NCBI GenBank assembly: GCA_016204695.1
Contig: JACQKD010000014.1
Coordinates: forward strand, 88,170-152,169
Origin: Candidatus Kaiserbacteria bacterium
Lineage (GTDB): Bacteria > Patescibacteriota > Minisyncoccia > Phycocordibacterales > UBA918
DNA length: 64,000 bases
Direction of reading: 5' to 3'
Positions 47,748 through 58,798 of the stretch are shown here, in pieces; positions within the stretch are counted from its first letter, which is position 1; each line of letters begins with the position of its first letter. The position numbers were made by a program, and so were the translations under genes. The notes under the pieces were generated by a model. It was given only the letters and a program-made list of their open reading frames with translations. It ran no database searches and was not told where the DNA came from.

Positions 47748-48239
47748 ATGGACCGACACTACGAAGAGAGCACTCTCATTTCCGCTTCTCCAGAGACACT
47801 CTTTGCATATATAGACGATCATACGCGTTTCTCATCGCATATGAACGAATCGTCCTGGATGATGGGCGGCGGCACGATGCACGTTTCGGTTGACGCGGGA
47901 CGCGGACAGGAGGTCGGTTCCCACATTCGTATGACCGGTACGGCGTTTGGCATACGATTATTCCTCGACGAAGTCGTCACGCGCCGCGATCCGCCGTTTG
48001 TAAAAACATGGGAAACAGTCGACATTCCGAAATTGCTGGTTATCGGCTCCTATCGCATGAGCATCGAGATAACACCAAAAGATAGCGGCTCGCTCCTGCG
48101 GGTTCGTATTGATTATGACTTGCCAACAACGAATGTCTGGCTTGGACGGCTGTTCGGCGGCATGTATGCACGGTGGTGCGTACGGCGGATGATCAAAGAC
48201 GCGCGCACGTACTTTGATACTAAGAGCCTACGCGCATGA
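47748..48239 (+). CDS. SRPBCC/START-like protein
   Basis: ISASPETLFAYIDD...SSHM...WMMGG; C-terminal helix. Confidence 0.8.
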   Translation: MDRHYEESTLISASPETLFAYIDDHTRFSSHMNESSWMMGGGTMHVSVDAGRGQEVGSHIRMTGTAFGIRLFLDEVVTRRDPPFVKTWETVDIPKLLVIGSYRMSIEITPKDSGSLLRVRIDYDLPTTNVWLGRLFGGMYARWCVRRMIKDARTYFDTKSLRA

Positions 48240-48294
48240 AACACCCTGCGAAAGGGGCATGGCATATATAGACAATATATTTTTCTGCTATCAT

Positions 48295-48927
48295 ATGGTT
48301 ATGAATACAAATACTTTTATGTGGGGACTGGGAGGGATAGTCGTCGGCGTCGTGCTTACGTTGGTATTGACTCCCTTATGGAGCGGTACACCGGGCTATC
48401 GGGATTCCATGATGGGACCCGGTGGCACGATGCAGGGCGGCGGCCGGATGTCGGGAGAAATAGACTCCCACTTTATCGAACAGATGATCCCGCACCACGA
48501 GGATGCCATTACTATGGCGAAGCTTGCCTCAACTCGCGCCGAACATGAGGAAATCAAAACGCTTGCCGCAAACATCATCAAGGCGCAATCGGCTGAAATC
48601 GATATGATGGACCAGTGGTACAAATCATGGTTCGGAAATGACGAAGTGCCGTATGTGCGTTCCTCGATGGGTATTGGCATGATGATGCATGGCGGCATGA
48701 TGGGAAATGACACCGATACCGCAAGACTTGAAAACGCGCAACCGTTCGATAAAGCATTCATCGAGGAAATGATCCCGCACCACCAGATGGCGGTCATGAT
48801 GGCGCAGATGCTCTCGCGTGCCACAGAGCGGCCCGAAATGGAACAACTTGCCGCAGATATCATCAAGGCGCAAACGCAGGAAATAGACGCGATGCGGGAA
48901 TGGTATCGCACATGGTATGCGCAATAA
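48295..48927 (+). CDS. DUF305 (CopM-like) protein
   Basis: FIExMIPHH repeated twice, with IIKAQ..EI..M..WY. Confidence 0.92.
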   Translation: MVMNTNTFMWGLGGIVVGVVLTLVLTPLWSGTPGYRDSMMGPGGTMQGGGRMSGEIDSHFIEQMIPHHEDAITMAKLASTRAEHEEIKTLAANIIKAQSAEIDMMDQWYKSWFGNDEVPYVRSSMGIGMMMHGGMMGNDTDTARLENAQPFDKAFIEEMIPHHQMAVMMAQMLSRATERPEMEQLAADIIKAQTQEIDAMREWYRTWYAQ

Positions 48928-49062
48928 CTGATGCACATACGGACAAACCGAATCGGGACCGACAAAAAACGAACAATGCCACGCACGATATGAACGATTC
49001 GCCGGTAGTTGCCGGTACAGGCATGATATATTCGTAGTATTACTTATAACGTGCAACAAATT

Positions 49063-49443
49063 ATGAACACCAAAACAGCGGAGTGGGCGCTTCGGATCGC
49101 GGTGGCCGGAGAATTTCTCGGCCACGGGGTCTTTGCCCTGCAAGGAAAGAAAGACTGGGTCGGCTGGTTCGCGCAGTTCGGCGTCTCCGACCCGGGGACG
49201 GCGACGCAATTACTCTTTATATTGGGACTTCTTGACATCGCGCTGGCGATTCTTGTCCTCCTGAAGCCGGTGCGCATCGCACTCCTCTGGATGGTCTTCT
49301 GGGGATTCTGGACGGCGCTTCTGCGGCCGATTGTCGGCATGCCCGTTTGGGACTTCGTCGAGCGATGGGCCAACTGGGGAGCACCGCTCGCACTGCTTTT
49401 ATTGCTCGGCTGGCCGAAAACGTTGAAAGAGTGGTTCAAATAA
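49063..49443 (+). CDS. DoxX-like membrane protein
   Basis: LRIAVAGEFLGHG...WTALLRP...FVERWANWGAPLALL. Confidence 0.7.
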   Translation: MNTKTAEWALRIAVAGEFLGHGVFALQGKKDWVGWFAQFGVSDPGTATQLLFILGLLDIALAILVLLKPVRIALLWMVFWGFWTALLRPIVGMPVWDFVERWANWGAPLALLLLLGWPKTLKEWFK

Positions 49444-49444
49444 G

Positions 49445-50092
49445 ATGGGGACTGACGCTCTCGCGAAAATCATTTGGGATTACATGCTTATGCATCACTC
49501 GCTCGAAAAAGCGGACGCTATTTTCGTGTTGGGAAGCAGTGATATTCGCGTGGCTGGGTACGCGGCAATGTTGTATCTCGACGGATGGGCGCCGCTCATT
49601 ATTTTTTCCGGCAACACCGGCACGCGAGGGAAAGCTCGCGAGCTCTGGGGAATGAGCGAGGCGGAAAAGTTTGCTTCGACTGCACGAGACATGGGAGTAC
49701 CCGAGACCGCCATGCTCCTTGAGAAAGAGTCGACCAACACCGAACAAAACATTACATTCACCAAAAAGCTTTTGGAAGAAAAGAGCCTGCATCCGAAGAA
49801 GCTGATCCTCGTCCAAAAGCCATACATGGAACGAAGAACATACGCGACCTTCATCCAGCAATGGCCGGAAATGGATTTTATCGTGACGTCTCCGCCGATT
49901 TCGTTTGAAGACTATCCCACTGCAGACCGCACAAAAGAATATGTGATCAATATGATAGTCGGAGATATGCAGAGAATCCGAGAGTACCCCGCGAAGGGCT
50001 TTCAAATAGAGCAGGAGATACCCGCGGAAGCATGGGAAGCGTATGAAGAGCTGGTGCGGCGGGGCTACACGGAGGATTTGATTAAAGAATAA
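49445..50092 (+). CDS. YdcF/DUF218 family protein
   Basis: DAIFVLG, FSG, SEA, ESTNTEQN and VQKPYMERR motifs. Confidence 0.9.
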   Translation: MGTDALAKIIWDYMLMHHSLEKADAIFVLGSSDIRVAGYAAMLYLDGWAPLIIFSGNTGTRGKARELWGMSEAEKFASTARDMGVPETAMLLEKESTNTEQNITFTKKLLEEKSLHPKKLILVQKPYMERRTYATFIQQWPEMDFIVTSPPISFEDYPTADRTKEYVINMIVGDMQRIREYPAKGFQIEQEIPAEAWEAYEELVRRGYTEDLIKE

Positions 50093-50147
50093 AAAGACGA
50101 CAATCTTCGAAAGGGCGCCGGCGATTTTGTTTGGTATACTGTGGCAT

Positions 50148-50381
50148 ATGGAACCGAAACGATTGTATCGGAGCAAAGAGAACAAGATATTTGCCGGCAT
50201 CTGCGGCGGACTGGGAGACTATTTCAGCATCGACCCGACTCTGTTGCGTCTCGCATGGCTCCTCGTCGTCATTTTCACCGGCATCTTCCCCGGCGTCGTG
50301 GTCTACATTCTCGCGATTTTCGTCATACCCGAAAAGCGTGAGCAAGATACAAAGGAACACCCACATGCGACTTCTCTATGA
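50148..50381 (+). CDS. pspC: PspC domain protein
   Basis: KRLYRS...IFAGICGGLGDYFSIDPTLLRL...YI...IP. Confidence 0.92.
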   Translation: MEPKRLYRSKENKIFAGICGGLGDYFSIDPTLLRLAWLLVVIFTGIFPGVVVYILAIFVIPEKREQDTKEHPHATSL

Positions 50382-50965
50382 CGAACGTCATGCATGGCAC
50401 CGACATAACACAAATAGGAAACAAGCTCATTCGGGCAAAGGCGAAGAAGGTATCCAACCCGACATCGAAAGTCATTCAAACAATCATTAAAGATCTCGTT
50501 GCGTCCATGCATACGCATGAACTTGTGGGCATTGCCGCCCCTCAAATAGCAAAGAGTGTGAGGGTATTCATCACGGAAATCAGGAAGACGCAACTCAGGA
50601 AGGGTCAGAGCATTAAGAATGTCGATCCGTTGAGAATTTTCATAAATCCGAAGGTACTTTCAGTCTCTAAAGAAAAGACGAGCGGCTGGGAAGGTTGCGG
50701 GAGCATAGCCTTCGCTCACTTATTTGGCGTTACCAGACGTCCCGCATCGGTAACGATTGAGGCACTGGATGAGAAGGGAAAGAAATTCCGGCTGAAAGCT
50801 GGCGGTTTGCTTGCCCGAGTGATCCAGCATGAAATAGATCATCTTGATGGCGTTGTATTTACCGACAAGGCGGACGCAAGCACCTATATGAGCAGAGACG
50901 AATATCTTAAATTGCGAGCGAAGAAAAAACGTAAAGAACCCTGTGCCAAGAGCACAGGACGTTAG
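50378..50965 (+). CDS. def: peptide deformylase
   Basis: GIAAPQI, INP, EGCGS and QHEIDHLDG motifs. Confidence 0.93.
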   Translation: MTNVMHGTDITQIGNKLIRAKAKKVSNPTSKVIQTIIKDLVASMHTHELVGIAAPQIAKSVRVFITEIRKTQLRKGQSIKNVDPLRIFINPKVLSVSKEKTSGWEGCGSIAFAHLFGVTRRPASVTIEALDEKGKKFRLKAGGLLARVIQHEIDHLDGVVFTDKADASTYMSRDEYLKLRAKKKRKEPCAKSTGR

Positions 50966-51193
50966 GAGTGTGCTCTTGGCACAGGAACAGGGGTTCTTTG
51001 CTAGTAGCAGAGCGGGCTCCGCCCGTGCTTCTCGTATATGCCGATTCATCCCTGCGGCAGAGACCGCAGGGCGTTCTCGGCAAGACTAGTAAAAACGGCC
51101 GGCCGCCAATCTCCACTTCAATCGGACGGGGGTATTCTCGACAGGCCGGCAAAGAATTTTTCCCGTATATAGGTTATATGCTACTATCACACG

Positions 51194-52294
51194 GTGAAAT
51201 TATCCGTCGGAATCGTGGGTCTGCCGAACGTGGGGAAGTCCACGCTTTTTAATGCGTTGACCAAAAACAGCGTGCCTGCGGAAAATTATCCGTTTTGCAC
51301 GATAGACCCGTCGGTCGGCATCGTCGCGGTGCCAGACAATCGGCTCGACACGCTGACAAAAATCTCAAAATCGCAGAAGACCATCCCCGCGGCAATCGAG
51401 TTTGTCGATATCGCGGGACTGGTCAAGGGCGCGGCCGACGGGGAAGGGCTCGGCAATCAATTCCTTTCGCACATCCGCGAGACCGATATGATCGCCGAGG
51501 TCGTGCGCATCTTCGATGACGAAGACACGATCCACATCGCGGGAGTCGTGAACCCGCTCGCGGATATCGAGGTCATCAATCTTGAACTCGTACTGACTGA
51601 CCTACAGACAGTGGCCAAACGCCTTACCGCCGCCCAAAACGATCTCAAGCGCGGCGACAAGACCGCGACGAAAGCCGCGCCGGTGCTCGCCCGACTGCGC
51701 GAACACCTCAAAGCCGGACAGCTTGCGCGCACGCTCCCCGTCGCTGATGCGGAAGAAACGGCACCCATCCGCGAACTTCAGCTTCTGACGACGAAACCGA
51801 TACTGTATGTACTCAACAAAAAAGCCGGCGCCTTCAATATCGACGAGCAAAACGACCCGCGTTGGACCGCACTTACGCAATTTATGGAAGAGACCGGCTC
51901 GGAGTATGTGCTCGTGGATGCCGGCGTCGAGCATGAATTGAAAGACCTTGCCGAAGACGAGAAGCAGGAATTTCGACGCGAGTACGGGACGCAGGACTCC
52001 GGCATTGCCGACCTCATCCGCGCCTGCTATCGGCTTCTCGGTCTCATTTCGTATTTCACGACCGGGCAAGACGAGACGCGCGCGTGGACTATTCCCAACG
52101 GCTCGACCGCACCGGAAGCAGGTACCGCCATCCACACCGACTTCCGCGACAAATTCATCCGCGCGAGCGTCGTCGCATATGAAGACCTCGTGAACGCAGG
52201 GTCAATCGCCGCCGCCCGCGAGCGCGGCACGCTCCGCACCGAAGGAAAAGAATACGTCGTCAAAGACGGCGACGTCATTGAGTTTCGAATTTAA
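51194..52294 (+). CDS. ychF: ribosome-binding ATPase YchF
   Basis: [30 protein letters not shown] domain [11 protein letters not shown]. Confidence 0.97.
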   Translation: MKLSVGIVGLPNVGKSTLFNALTKNSVPAENYPFCTIDPSVGIVAVPDNRLDTLTKISKSQKTIPAAIEFVDIAGLVKGAADGEGLGNQFLSHIRETDMIAEVVRIFDDEDTIHIAGVVNPLADIEVINLELVLTDLQTVAKRLTAAQNDLKRGDKTATKAAPVLARLREHLKAGQLARTLPVADAEETAPIRELQLLTTKPILYVLNKKAGAFNIDEQNDPRWTALTQFMEETGSEYVLVDAGVEHELKDLAEDEKQEFRREYGTQDSGIADLIRACYRLLGLISYFTTGQDETRAWTIPNGSTAPEAGTAIHTDFRDKFIRASVVAYEDLVNAGSIAAARERGTLRTEGKEYVVKDGDVIEFRI

Positions 52295-52311
52295 TGTATA
52301 ATGCTTCCACT

Positions 52312-52587
52312 ATGGACATCACCAAAGCGCCGAAACAATTTTTGGATAATGTGACCGGGGGATTCAGCGAAGAGTTTTTCGTGCTCGCGATGGTCTCGGG
52401 AGAACACGCGACCGCATACGCGCTCACGCCCCAGCACGCCAAGCGGCTCTCGCAGTGGCTCGCGTATCAAATCGAAGATTACGAGAAAAAGCACAAAAAA
52501 ATAGAAGCGCATTGGATCCCCGGAATGAAAAGCCCGATCCAATCGACCGACTTATCCGTGGGCGAAAAGAAGGACGACCGAAAATGA
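52312..52587 (+). CDS. DUF3467-like protein
   Basis: EEFF...TPQHAKRL...I..YEK.H..I motif. Confidence 0.65.
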   Translation: MDITKAPKQFLDNVTGGFSEEFFVLAMVSGEHATAYALTPQHAKRLSQWLAYQIEDYEKKHKKIEAHWIPGMKSPIQSTDLSVGEKKDDRK

Positions 52588-52833
52588 GTACGAGTGCGTG
52601 TTGCGCACTCGTAGACTTTACCGGGTTACCACACTATGAATCGCCAAAGCAATGGCGACAACCGCCATCGCCACGACACTGACCCAAAGAAAAATATCTT
52701 TCACACGCCCTCCTTCCAAAAAGGTCTGCCCCGAGAATGCAACGCTATAGACTTTTTGTCAAAATTCCGTTGCGCTTTGCGGAAACCGCATTTTAGCGAC
52801 ATAATGGGGTCATTATTCGGTTTGTCTAAACCT

Positions 52834-53784
52834 ATGAAAAACACACCGCGAGACTTTTTTCTCCATTTCGGAGCATTTGCGGCGCTCTATGCGGCGGCGA
52901 CCGCACTCGGCACGCTTCTTTTTCTCATTATCGGCTATGCGTTCCCCGACCCGCTCTATAGCAACTACTACTCCTACGGCGGCTACGACCCGTATTCAGC
53001 TCCGATGCGTTTTGCGATTGCATCCCTGATTATTCTCGTGCCGCTCTTCCTCTGGCTCATGCGAGTCATCCAGCGCGAAGCGCGCATCACGCCCGAGCGG
53101 TATACATTTGCGATTCGTAAATGGCTGACATACATCACCCTCTTTGTCGCCGGAGCGACCATCGTCGGGGACCTCATCACCCTCCTTTACTCGTTTCTCG
53201 GCGGAGAGCTGGCGACGCCGTTTGTGCTCAAAGTGCTCGTACTCTTCGCGATCACCGGCGTCATCTTCTGGTACTTCCTCCTCGATATCCGGGGCTATTG
53301 GCAAAACCGCGCAAGTGCATCGAAAATGGTCGGCATCGTGACGGTTGGCGCCGTACTCGTTGCAATCATCGGCAGTTTCTTCATCATGGGCTCGCCGATG
53401 ATTCAGCGCGAGATACGGTTTGACCAGCAGGAGATACAAGACCTCTCCATGATTCAAAATCAGGTGGTGAATTACTGGCAACAGAACGGAACGCTACCGG
53501 CAACACTCTCAGAGCTTGAAAGCGATATCACCTACTTCCATGTCCCGCAGGCACCGGAAGGCAGAGAACCGTACGAATATCGAAAAACCGGCGATACTTC
53601 CTTCGCGCTCTGTGCGACATTCGCACAGAATTCAGACGGTACCTACGCAGAACCGTACGCTCCATCATATGGTGTCGGCAATAATACCAGCTGGGAACAC
53701 ACGGCAGGCCGCACCTGTTTTGACCGAACTATTGACCCGAGTCTCATCCAACCACTCGACGGTAAACCAGTACCGTTCGACTAA
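52834..53784 (+). CDS. DUF5671-like membrane protein
   Basis: RDFFLH, RFAIASLII..P, RKWLTYITLF, GDLI.L..FLGGEL...FVLK. Confidence 0.8.
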   Translation: MKNTPRDFFLHFGAFAALYAAATALGTLLFLIIGYAFPDPLYSNYYSYGGYDPYSAPMRFAIASLIILVPLFLWLMRVIQREARITPERYTFAIRKWLTYITLFVAGATIVGDLITLLYSFLGGELATPFVLKVLVLFAITGVIFWYFLLDIRGYWQNRASASKMVGIVTVGAVLVAIIGSFFIMGSPMIQREIRFDQQEIQDLSMIQNQVVNYWQQNGTLPATLSELESDITYFHVPQAPEGREPYEYRKTGDTSFALCATFAQNSDGTYAEPYAPSYGVGNNTSWEHTAGRTCFDRTIDPSLIQPLDGKPVPFD

Positions 53785-53822
53785 AAATTACGGACAATGC
53801 TGACTTGCCGCCCCTATTCCCT

Positions 53823-56237
53823 ATGCATAAAAAATTCGACCACAAAACAATAGAAAAAAAATGGCAGAAGCGCTGGAGGGATGAGAAGGTGTACGAGGTC
53901 GCAAATGACCACAAGGGAAAAAAGAAGCGGTACATTCTGACCGAGTATCCCTATCCCTCCGGCAACCTCCATATCGGACACTGGTACGCCTTTGCGGTGC
54001 CGGACATTTTGGTACGCGCAAAACGCATGCAGGGGGAGCATGTCATGTATCCCGTCGGCTTCGATTCGTTCGGATTGCCTGCGGAAAACGCCGCCATCAA
54101 AAACAAGCTCGATCCGAAAAAGTGGACATACGAAAATATCGACCGAATGACCGCGCAACTCGAAAGCATGGGCAATTCGTATGATTGGTCGCGTGCGGTA
54201 CGCACCTCGGATCCCGATTATTACCGTTGGACGCAATGGCTGTTTTTGCAACTTTTCAAAAATAATCTCGCGTATCGCGGCACATCGATGGTCAACTGGT
54301 GCCCGTTGTGCAAGACCGTACTCGCAAACGAGCAGGTGGTGGGCGGGAAGTGCGAGCGGTGCGGCAGTGAGGTGGAACATAGAGAAATGCCGCAGTGGCT
54401 CCTGCGCATCACCGACTACGCCGACCGGCTCATCGACGATCTCGATGCGCTCAACTGGCCGGAGCCGATCAAGGAGTCCCAGCGTAATTGGATCGGCAGA
54501 AGCGAGGGTATCAATATCGATTACACAATCGTCGGCTCGGATGAAGTCTTGACCTGCTTCACGACCACACCGGTGAATTTCGGGGCATCTTTTATCGTCA
54601 TTGCACCCGAGCATCCGCTGACTGCCAAACTTACCACAAAAGAAAATGAGGAGACAGCAAAAACATACACGGAGGCGAGTGCTAAAAAGAACGAGATGGA
54701 GCGCACTGGACAGAAAGAAAAGACGGGAGTATTCACCGGCTCGTATGCGATCAACCATGTGACCGGGGAGCATATGCCGATCTGGATCGCCGACTTCGTG
54801 TTGAAGGATGTGGGAACAGGAGCGGTACAAGGTTGTCCCGGGCATGATAAACGCGACTTCCAGTTCGCGAAGAAATACGGCATTTCGATACGACGAGTCG
54901 TCGTTGGGCCGGATAATGACACGAGCGACATTGTCTCGGAAGATCAAGTTGTCGAAAAGGGGACGCAGGGACGAATGATCAACTCCGGCTTTCTTGACGG
55001 GGTGGATTTCGCCGACGCAATGGAAAAAACGAAAGATTATTTCGAATCGAAAGGGTGGGGGAAGCGCGTCGTACGTTACAAACTCCGCGACTGGTCGGTG
55101 GGGAGGCAGAGGTACTGGGGATGTCCGATACCGATCGTCTACGATCCGGAAGGCCTGCCGCACGCCGTCCCCGACGAGCATTTACCGTGGCTTCTGCCCG
55201 AGGACGTGGACTTCACGCCGACTGGCGAGCCGCCGCTTGCAAAATCGGAGGCGCTTAAAAAGCGGACCGTGGAAATTTTCGGAGAAGGATGGACTCCGGA
55301 AGTCGAGACACTCGATACATTCGTCGACTCCTCGTGGTACTTCCTGCGGTACACCGATCCGAAAAATACGGAGGTGTTCGCGACTACGGAGGCGCAAGGT
55401 GCGTGGATGCCGATCGACGCCTATTTTGGCGGCGCCGAGCACACCACGATGCATCTTTTATACGCACGCTTCGTGCAAAAAGTGCTTTGTGACATGGGTC
55501 TGGCGACCGTGCCGGAACCGTTTACCGTCCGCGTCAACCGCGGCCTCGTACTCGGCCCCGACGGCAACAAAATGAGCAAATCCAAGGGTAACGTCATCGA
55601 CCCCGACGAGCAAGTGTCGCGTCTCGGCGCCGATACGGTCAAAATATATCTGGCATTCATGGGACCATATGGTGAAGTGACCAACTATCCCTGGGACATG
55701 GGCGGCATCGCAGGCACTCGCCGCTTCCTTGAGCGGGTACACGGTCTCGGCGCGCATGTGCATGAAAACGAGCCGCGGGACGTGACGAGCCTCCTCCATC
55801 GCACTGTCGACAAGGTCACGCGCGACATCGAGCATTTCAAATTCAACACCGCCATCAGCGCGATGATGATTTTCATCAATGCCGCCGAAAAAGACGGGTT
55901 ATCCGAAGAAAGCTACAAAACATTTTTGAAACTGCTCGCGCCGTTTGCACCGCACCTTGCCGAAGAACTCTGGGAGACCGCAGGCGAATCGTTCTCCATC
56001 CACCAAGCGACATGGCCGCTCGCCGACAAATCGCTTCTCACGGAAGAAACCGCCACCATCGCCGTCCAGATCAACGGCAAGGCGCGCGGAACAATCGAAG
56101 TGTCTGCGGACACCGAGGAAGAATCAGCCATGGATATCGCAAAAGCGCACAAGCATATCGCCGGATATCTCGATGGCAAGACGATAACGCGCGTCGTCTA
56201 CGTACCCGGCAAGATCCTCAATATTATTGTTCGCTAG
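53823..56237 (+). CDS. leuS: leucine--tRNA ligase
   Basis: YPYPSGNLHIGH, TVLANEQV, RQRYWG.PIP, KMSKSKGN and VQINGK motifs. Confidence 0.97.
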   Translation: MHKKFDHKTIEKKWQKRWRDEKVYEVANDHKGKKKRYILTEYPYPSGNLHIGHWYAFAVPDILVRAKRMQGEHVMYPVGFDSFGLPAENAAIKNKLDPKKWTYENIDRMTAQLESMGNSYDWSRAVRTSDPDYYRWTQWLFLQLFKNNLAYRGTSMVNWCPLCKTVLANEQVVGGKCERCGSEVEHREMPQWLLRITDYADRLIDDLDALNWPEPIKESQRNWIGRSEGINIDYTIVGSDEVLTCFTTTPVNFGASFIVIAPEHPLTAKLTTKENEETAKTYTEASAKKNEMERTGQKEKTGVFTGSYAINHVTGEHMPIWIADFVLKDVGTGAVQGCPGHDKRDFQFAKKYGISIRRVVVGPDNDTSDIVSEDQVVEKGTQGRMINSGFLDGVDFADAMEKTKDYFESKGWGKRVVRYKLRDWSVGRQRYWGCPIPIVYDPEGLPHAVPDEHLPWLLPEDVDFTPTGEPPLAKSEALKKRTVEIFGEGWTPEVETLDTFVDSSWYFLRYTDPKNTEVFATTEAQGAWMPIDAYFGGAEHTTMHLLYARFVQKVLCDMGLATVPEPFTVRVNRGLVLGPDGNKMSKSKGNVIDPDEQVSRLGADTVKIYLAFMGPYGEVTNYPWDMGGIAGTRRFLERVHGLGAHVHENEPRDVTSLLHRTVDKVTRDIEHFKFNTAISAMMIFINAAEKDGLSEESYKTFLKLLAPFAPHLAEELWETAGESFSIHQATWPLADKSLLTEETATIAVQINGKARGTIEVSADTEEESAMDIAKAHKHIAGYLDGKTITRVVYVPGKILNIIVR

Positions 56238-56344
56238 CTCCCCGGCCCGCGTCATCACACGGGAACAGAGTGGACAACTTGACGCATTTCTAATATCGTG
56301 CTAAAGATATAGAATCTTCCTACAGCACGCCTCGGGAGAAAGAT

Positions 56345-57379
56345 ATGAAAAACCTGCCGTTTAAGCCCAAACAGATCACGAAAAAACTTCTCTCGGTGCT
56401 TCCTGCGCGCGCCCGGGACGTGATTGAGAAACGATACGGCCTCGGACCGAACGGCGAGCCTCCTATGACGCTCGAAGCCATCGGCCAGACCTACGGCATC
56501 ACCCGCGAGCGGGTGCGTCAGATCGAAAATTACGCCATCGAAATGATCCAAAAATCGGATGTCTACGCCGAGTATGCGCCGCTGTTCGCGGAGTTGCAGA
56601 AAGAGATGGACCTGCTCGGGGGCGTCATCGCGGAACACGATTTGTTGAAGGAATTCGGATCCGACCGGGCGGCCGACAACCACCTTTATTTTATTTTCGT
56701 GCTCGGTATCCCGTTCAACCGGAGCAAGGAGAACAGCACGTTCCATCACCGATGGTTTACCCGCGAAGATGTCGCATCGGCGGTCGAGACAGCCCTCCTC
56801 GAATTGCATGATTCTCTCACGGACGATTCGCTCTTGAGCGGAGAGGAGATCGTCGCATCGATACTCAACAAGCTCGATGCGCTCGACCCCGCATACAAGC
56901 GGGAGGAATTTGCGCACCGATGGCTCTCGCTGTCGAAGGTGCTCGCGCAGAACCCCCTCGGCGAATGGGGACTCGCTTCGAGCCCCAACGTACGCGCCAA
57001 AGGCATCCGCGACTTCGCCTATCTCGCGGTCAAGCGTCATGGCTCGCCGATGCATTTCAAGGAAGTCGCGGAATCAATCGAAAAGCTGTTTGCGCGCAAA
57101 GCGCATGTGGCGACCTGTCATAACGAACTCATCAAGGACAAGCGTTTCGTGCTTGTCGGCCGGGGCCTGTATGCGCTTGAGGAGTGGGGATACAGCGCCG
57201 GCGTGGTCAAGGACATTCTCCACGAAATCCTGAAGGCAAACGGCCCCCTGCCGCTCCAGGAAATCATCGAGCGGGTCCGCAAAGAACGGTACGTGAAAGA
57301 CAACACCATCATGGTAAATCTGCAGGACCGGACATTCTTCAAGCGGCTTCCGAACGGACAATACGCAGTGATCGGATAA
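56345..57379 (+). CDS. sigma-70 region 4-like HTH protein with C-terminal winged-helix domains
   Basis: TLEAIGQTYGITRERVRQIE; PMHF, HNELIKDKRFVLVGRGLYAL. Confidence 0.85.
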   Translation: MKNLPFKPKQITKKLLSVLPARARDVIEKRYGLGPNGEPPMTLEAIGQTYGITRERVRQIENYAIEMIQKSDVYAEYAPLFAELQKEMDLLGGVIAEHDLLKEFGSDRAADNHLYFIFVLGIPFNRSKENSTFHHRWFTREDVASAVETALLELHDSLTDDSLLSGEEIVASILNKLDALDPAYKREEFAHRWLSLSKVLAQNPLGEWGLASSPNVRAKGIRDFAYLAVKRHGSPMHFKEVAESIEKLFARKAHVATCHNELIKDKRFVLVGRGLYALEEWGYSAGVVKDILHEILKANGPLPLQEIIERVRKERYVKDNTIMVNLQDRTFFKRLPNGQYAVIG

Positions 57380-57449
57380 ACCGCCCTTTGGCGGCCTGTT
57401 CAGTGCGTTTGAAGACACACGCTGTCGATGTGATACCATACGTGCATCT

Positions 57450-58778
57450 ATGGGGTTTGGAGAAAAGATCATCGGATGGCTTGAGGGATTCGGAGTAAAC
57501 GCCGGCATCGTGCTTTCTGTTGTCGGCACGATCCTCATCATCGTCGCTTTTTCACTATTTGATGTCAGACTGCCGAAGGTGATTTCTTTTGCCGTGGCGA
57601 CAAGCCCGGTATGGCTCCCGATCGTACTCTTTTTCGTATTTTTCGAGTGGTGGATGAAGTATGTTCAGAAGTATTTCAACCTCCAGCAGGGACGCATTAC
57701 GCTTGAGATTCTTCTGCCGGAAGAGATACTGAAATCGCCGCTCGCGATGGAGCTGGTCTTGGGCCATCTCTGGCAGACGGCAAGTCCCGACAACCTCGTC
57801 CAGACATATTGGGACGGCAAAAATCCGCCGACATTCGGGCTCGAGATCGTCTCCATCGGCGGCACCGTACGCTTCTTTATCAATACCCAGGTCCGCAAAT
57901 ACAAAAACATCATCGAGGCACAGCTGTATTCACAATACCCCGGCATCGAGATACGCGAGGTGCCCGACTACACCGCCGAGATCGACAAAGACATCACGGA
58001 CTTCGAGCTCTTCAGTATGCACTTCAGCATCCGCAAAGCGGACGCGTATCCGATCAAGACATACGTCGAGTACGGACTCGACAAAGACCCGAAGGAAGAG
58101 TTGAAAATCGACCCCATCACGCAGATGCTCGACCTCTTGGGTTCCATCGGTCCGAACGAACGCATCTGGGTACAGATACTCATATCCGCGCACCGCGAGG
58201 AAACCTTCAAGGTGGGGAGCCTGTTTCATAAGCCGGACTGGAAAGACGACGTTCGCAAAGAGATCAACCAGATCGCCGGACGCGACGACAAGCGCCTTGG
58301 CCCGGCCGAGCTCGAAAGCCAACCGCGGCTGACCGAAGGCGAGCGTCGCGTTATCAGCGCGCTTGAACGCAGTCTCTCGAAGATACCGTTCAATACCGGA
58401 ATACGCGTCATTTATGCCGCCAAGAAGGGGTACTATCTCCCGGGCGAACGTATCGGCGCGATCATCACGGCATGGTTTCAGTACAACGACGCGATGCTCA
58501 ATTCCTTCCGTCTGCCTTGGCGCACCGACTACGACTGGAACTGGTGGCAGGACCCGACCGGCCGTAGGCGGTTCAACATGAAGAAACGCGAACTCAACGA
58601 GTACAAGCGCCGCTATTACGAAAACCGCGCCAAGAACGACAAGAAATTCATCCTGACCGTCGAAGAGCTCGCGACAATTTATCACTTCCCGGGCAAGGTG
58701 GCACATACGCCCACTCTGCCGCGCATCCCGTCGGCGCGCGGCGAGGCGCCTCCCAACCTTCCGATCGCAACGAAATAA
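57450..58778 (+). CDS. membrane-anchored hypothetical protein
   Basis: N-terminal TMs; LEI..IGG, IEAQLYSQYP, YPIKTY, DP and ELATIYHFP motifs. Confidence 0.8.
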   Translation: MGFGEKIIGWLEGFGVNAGIVLSVVGTILIIVAFSLFDVRLPKVISFAVATSPVWLPIVLFFVFFEWWMKYVQKYFNLQQGRITLEILLPEEILKSPLAMELVLGHLWQTASPDNLVQTYWDGKNPPTFGLEIVSIGGTVRFFINTQVRKYKNIIEAQLYSQYPGIEIREVPDYTAEIDKDITDFELFSMHFSIRKADAYPIKTYVEYGLDKDPKEELKIDPITQMLDLLGSIGPNERIWVQILISAHREETFKVGSLFHKPDWKDDVRKEINQIAGRDDKRLGPAELESQPRLTEGERRVISALERSLSKIPFNTGIRVIYAAKKGYYLPGERIGAIITAWFQYNDAMLNSFRLPWRTDYDWNWWQDPTGRRRFNMKKRELNEYKRRYYENRAKNDKKFILTVEELATIYHFPGKVAHTPTLPRIPSARGEAPPNLPIATK

Positions 58779-58798
58779 TCTTTGCGTCTCCATAGTCT

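Noticed and set aside
53814-55181. Long antisense or alternate-frame ORFs (this one, also 28982-30091, 9913-10857, 30453-31469)
   Set aside because: Shadow ORFs of well-supported genes, expected from the codon bias; no recognisable motifs.
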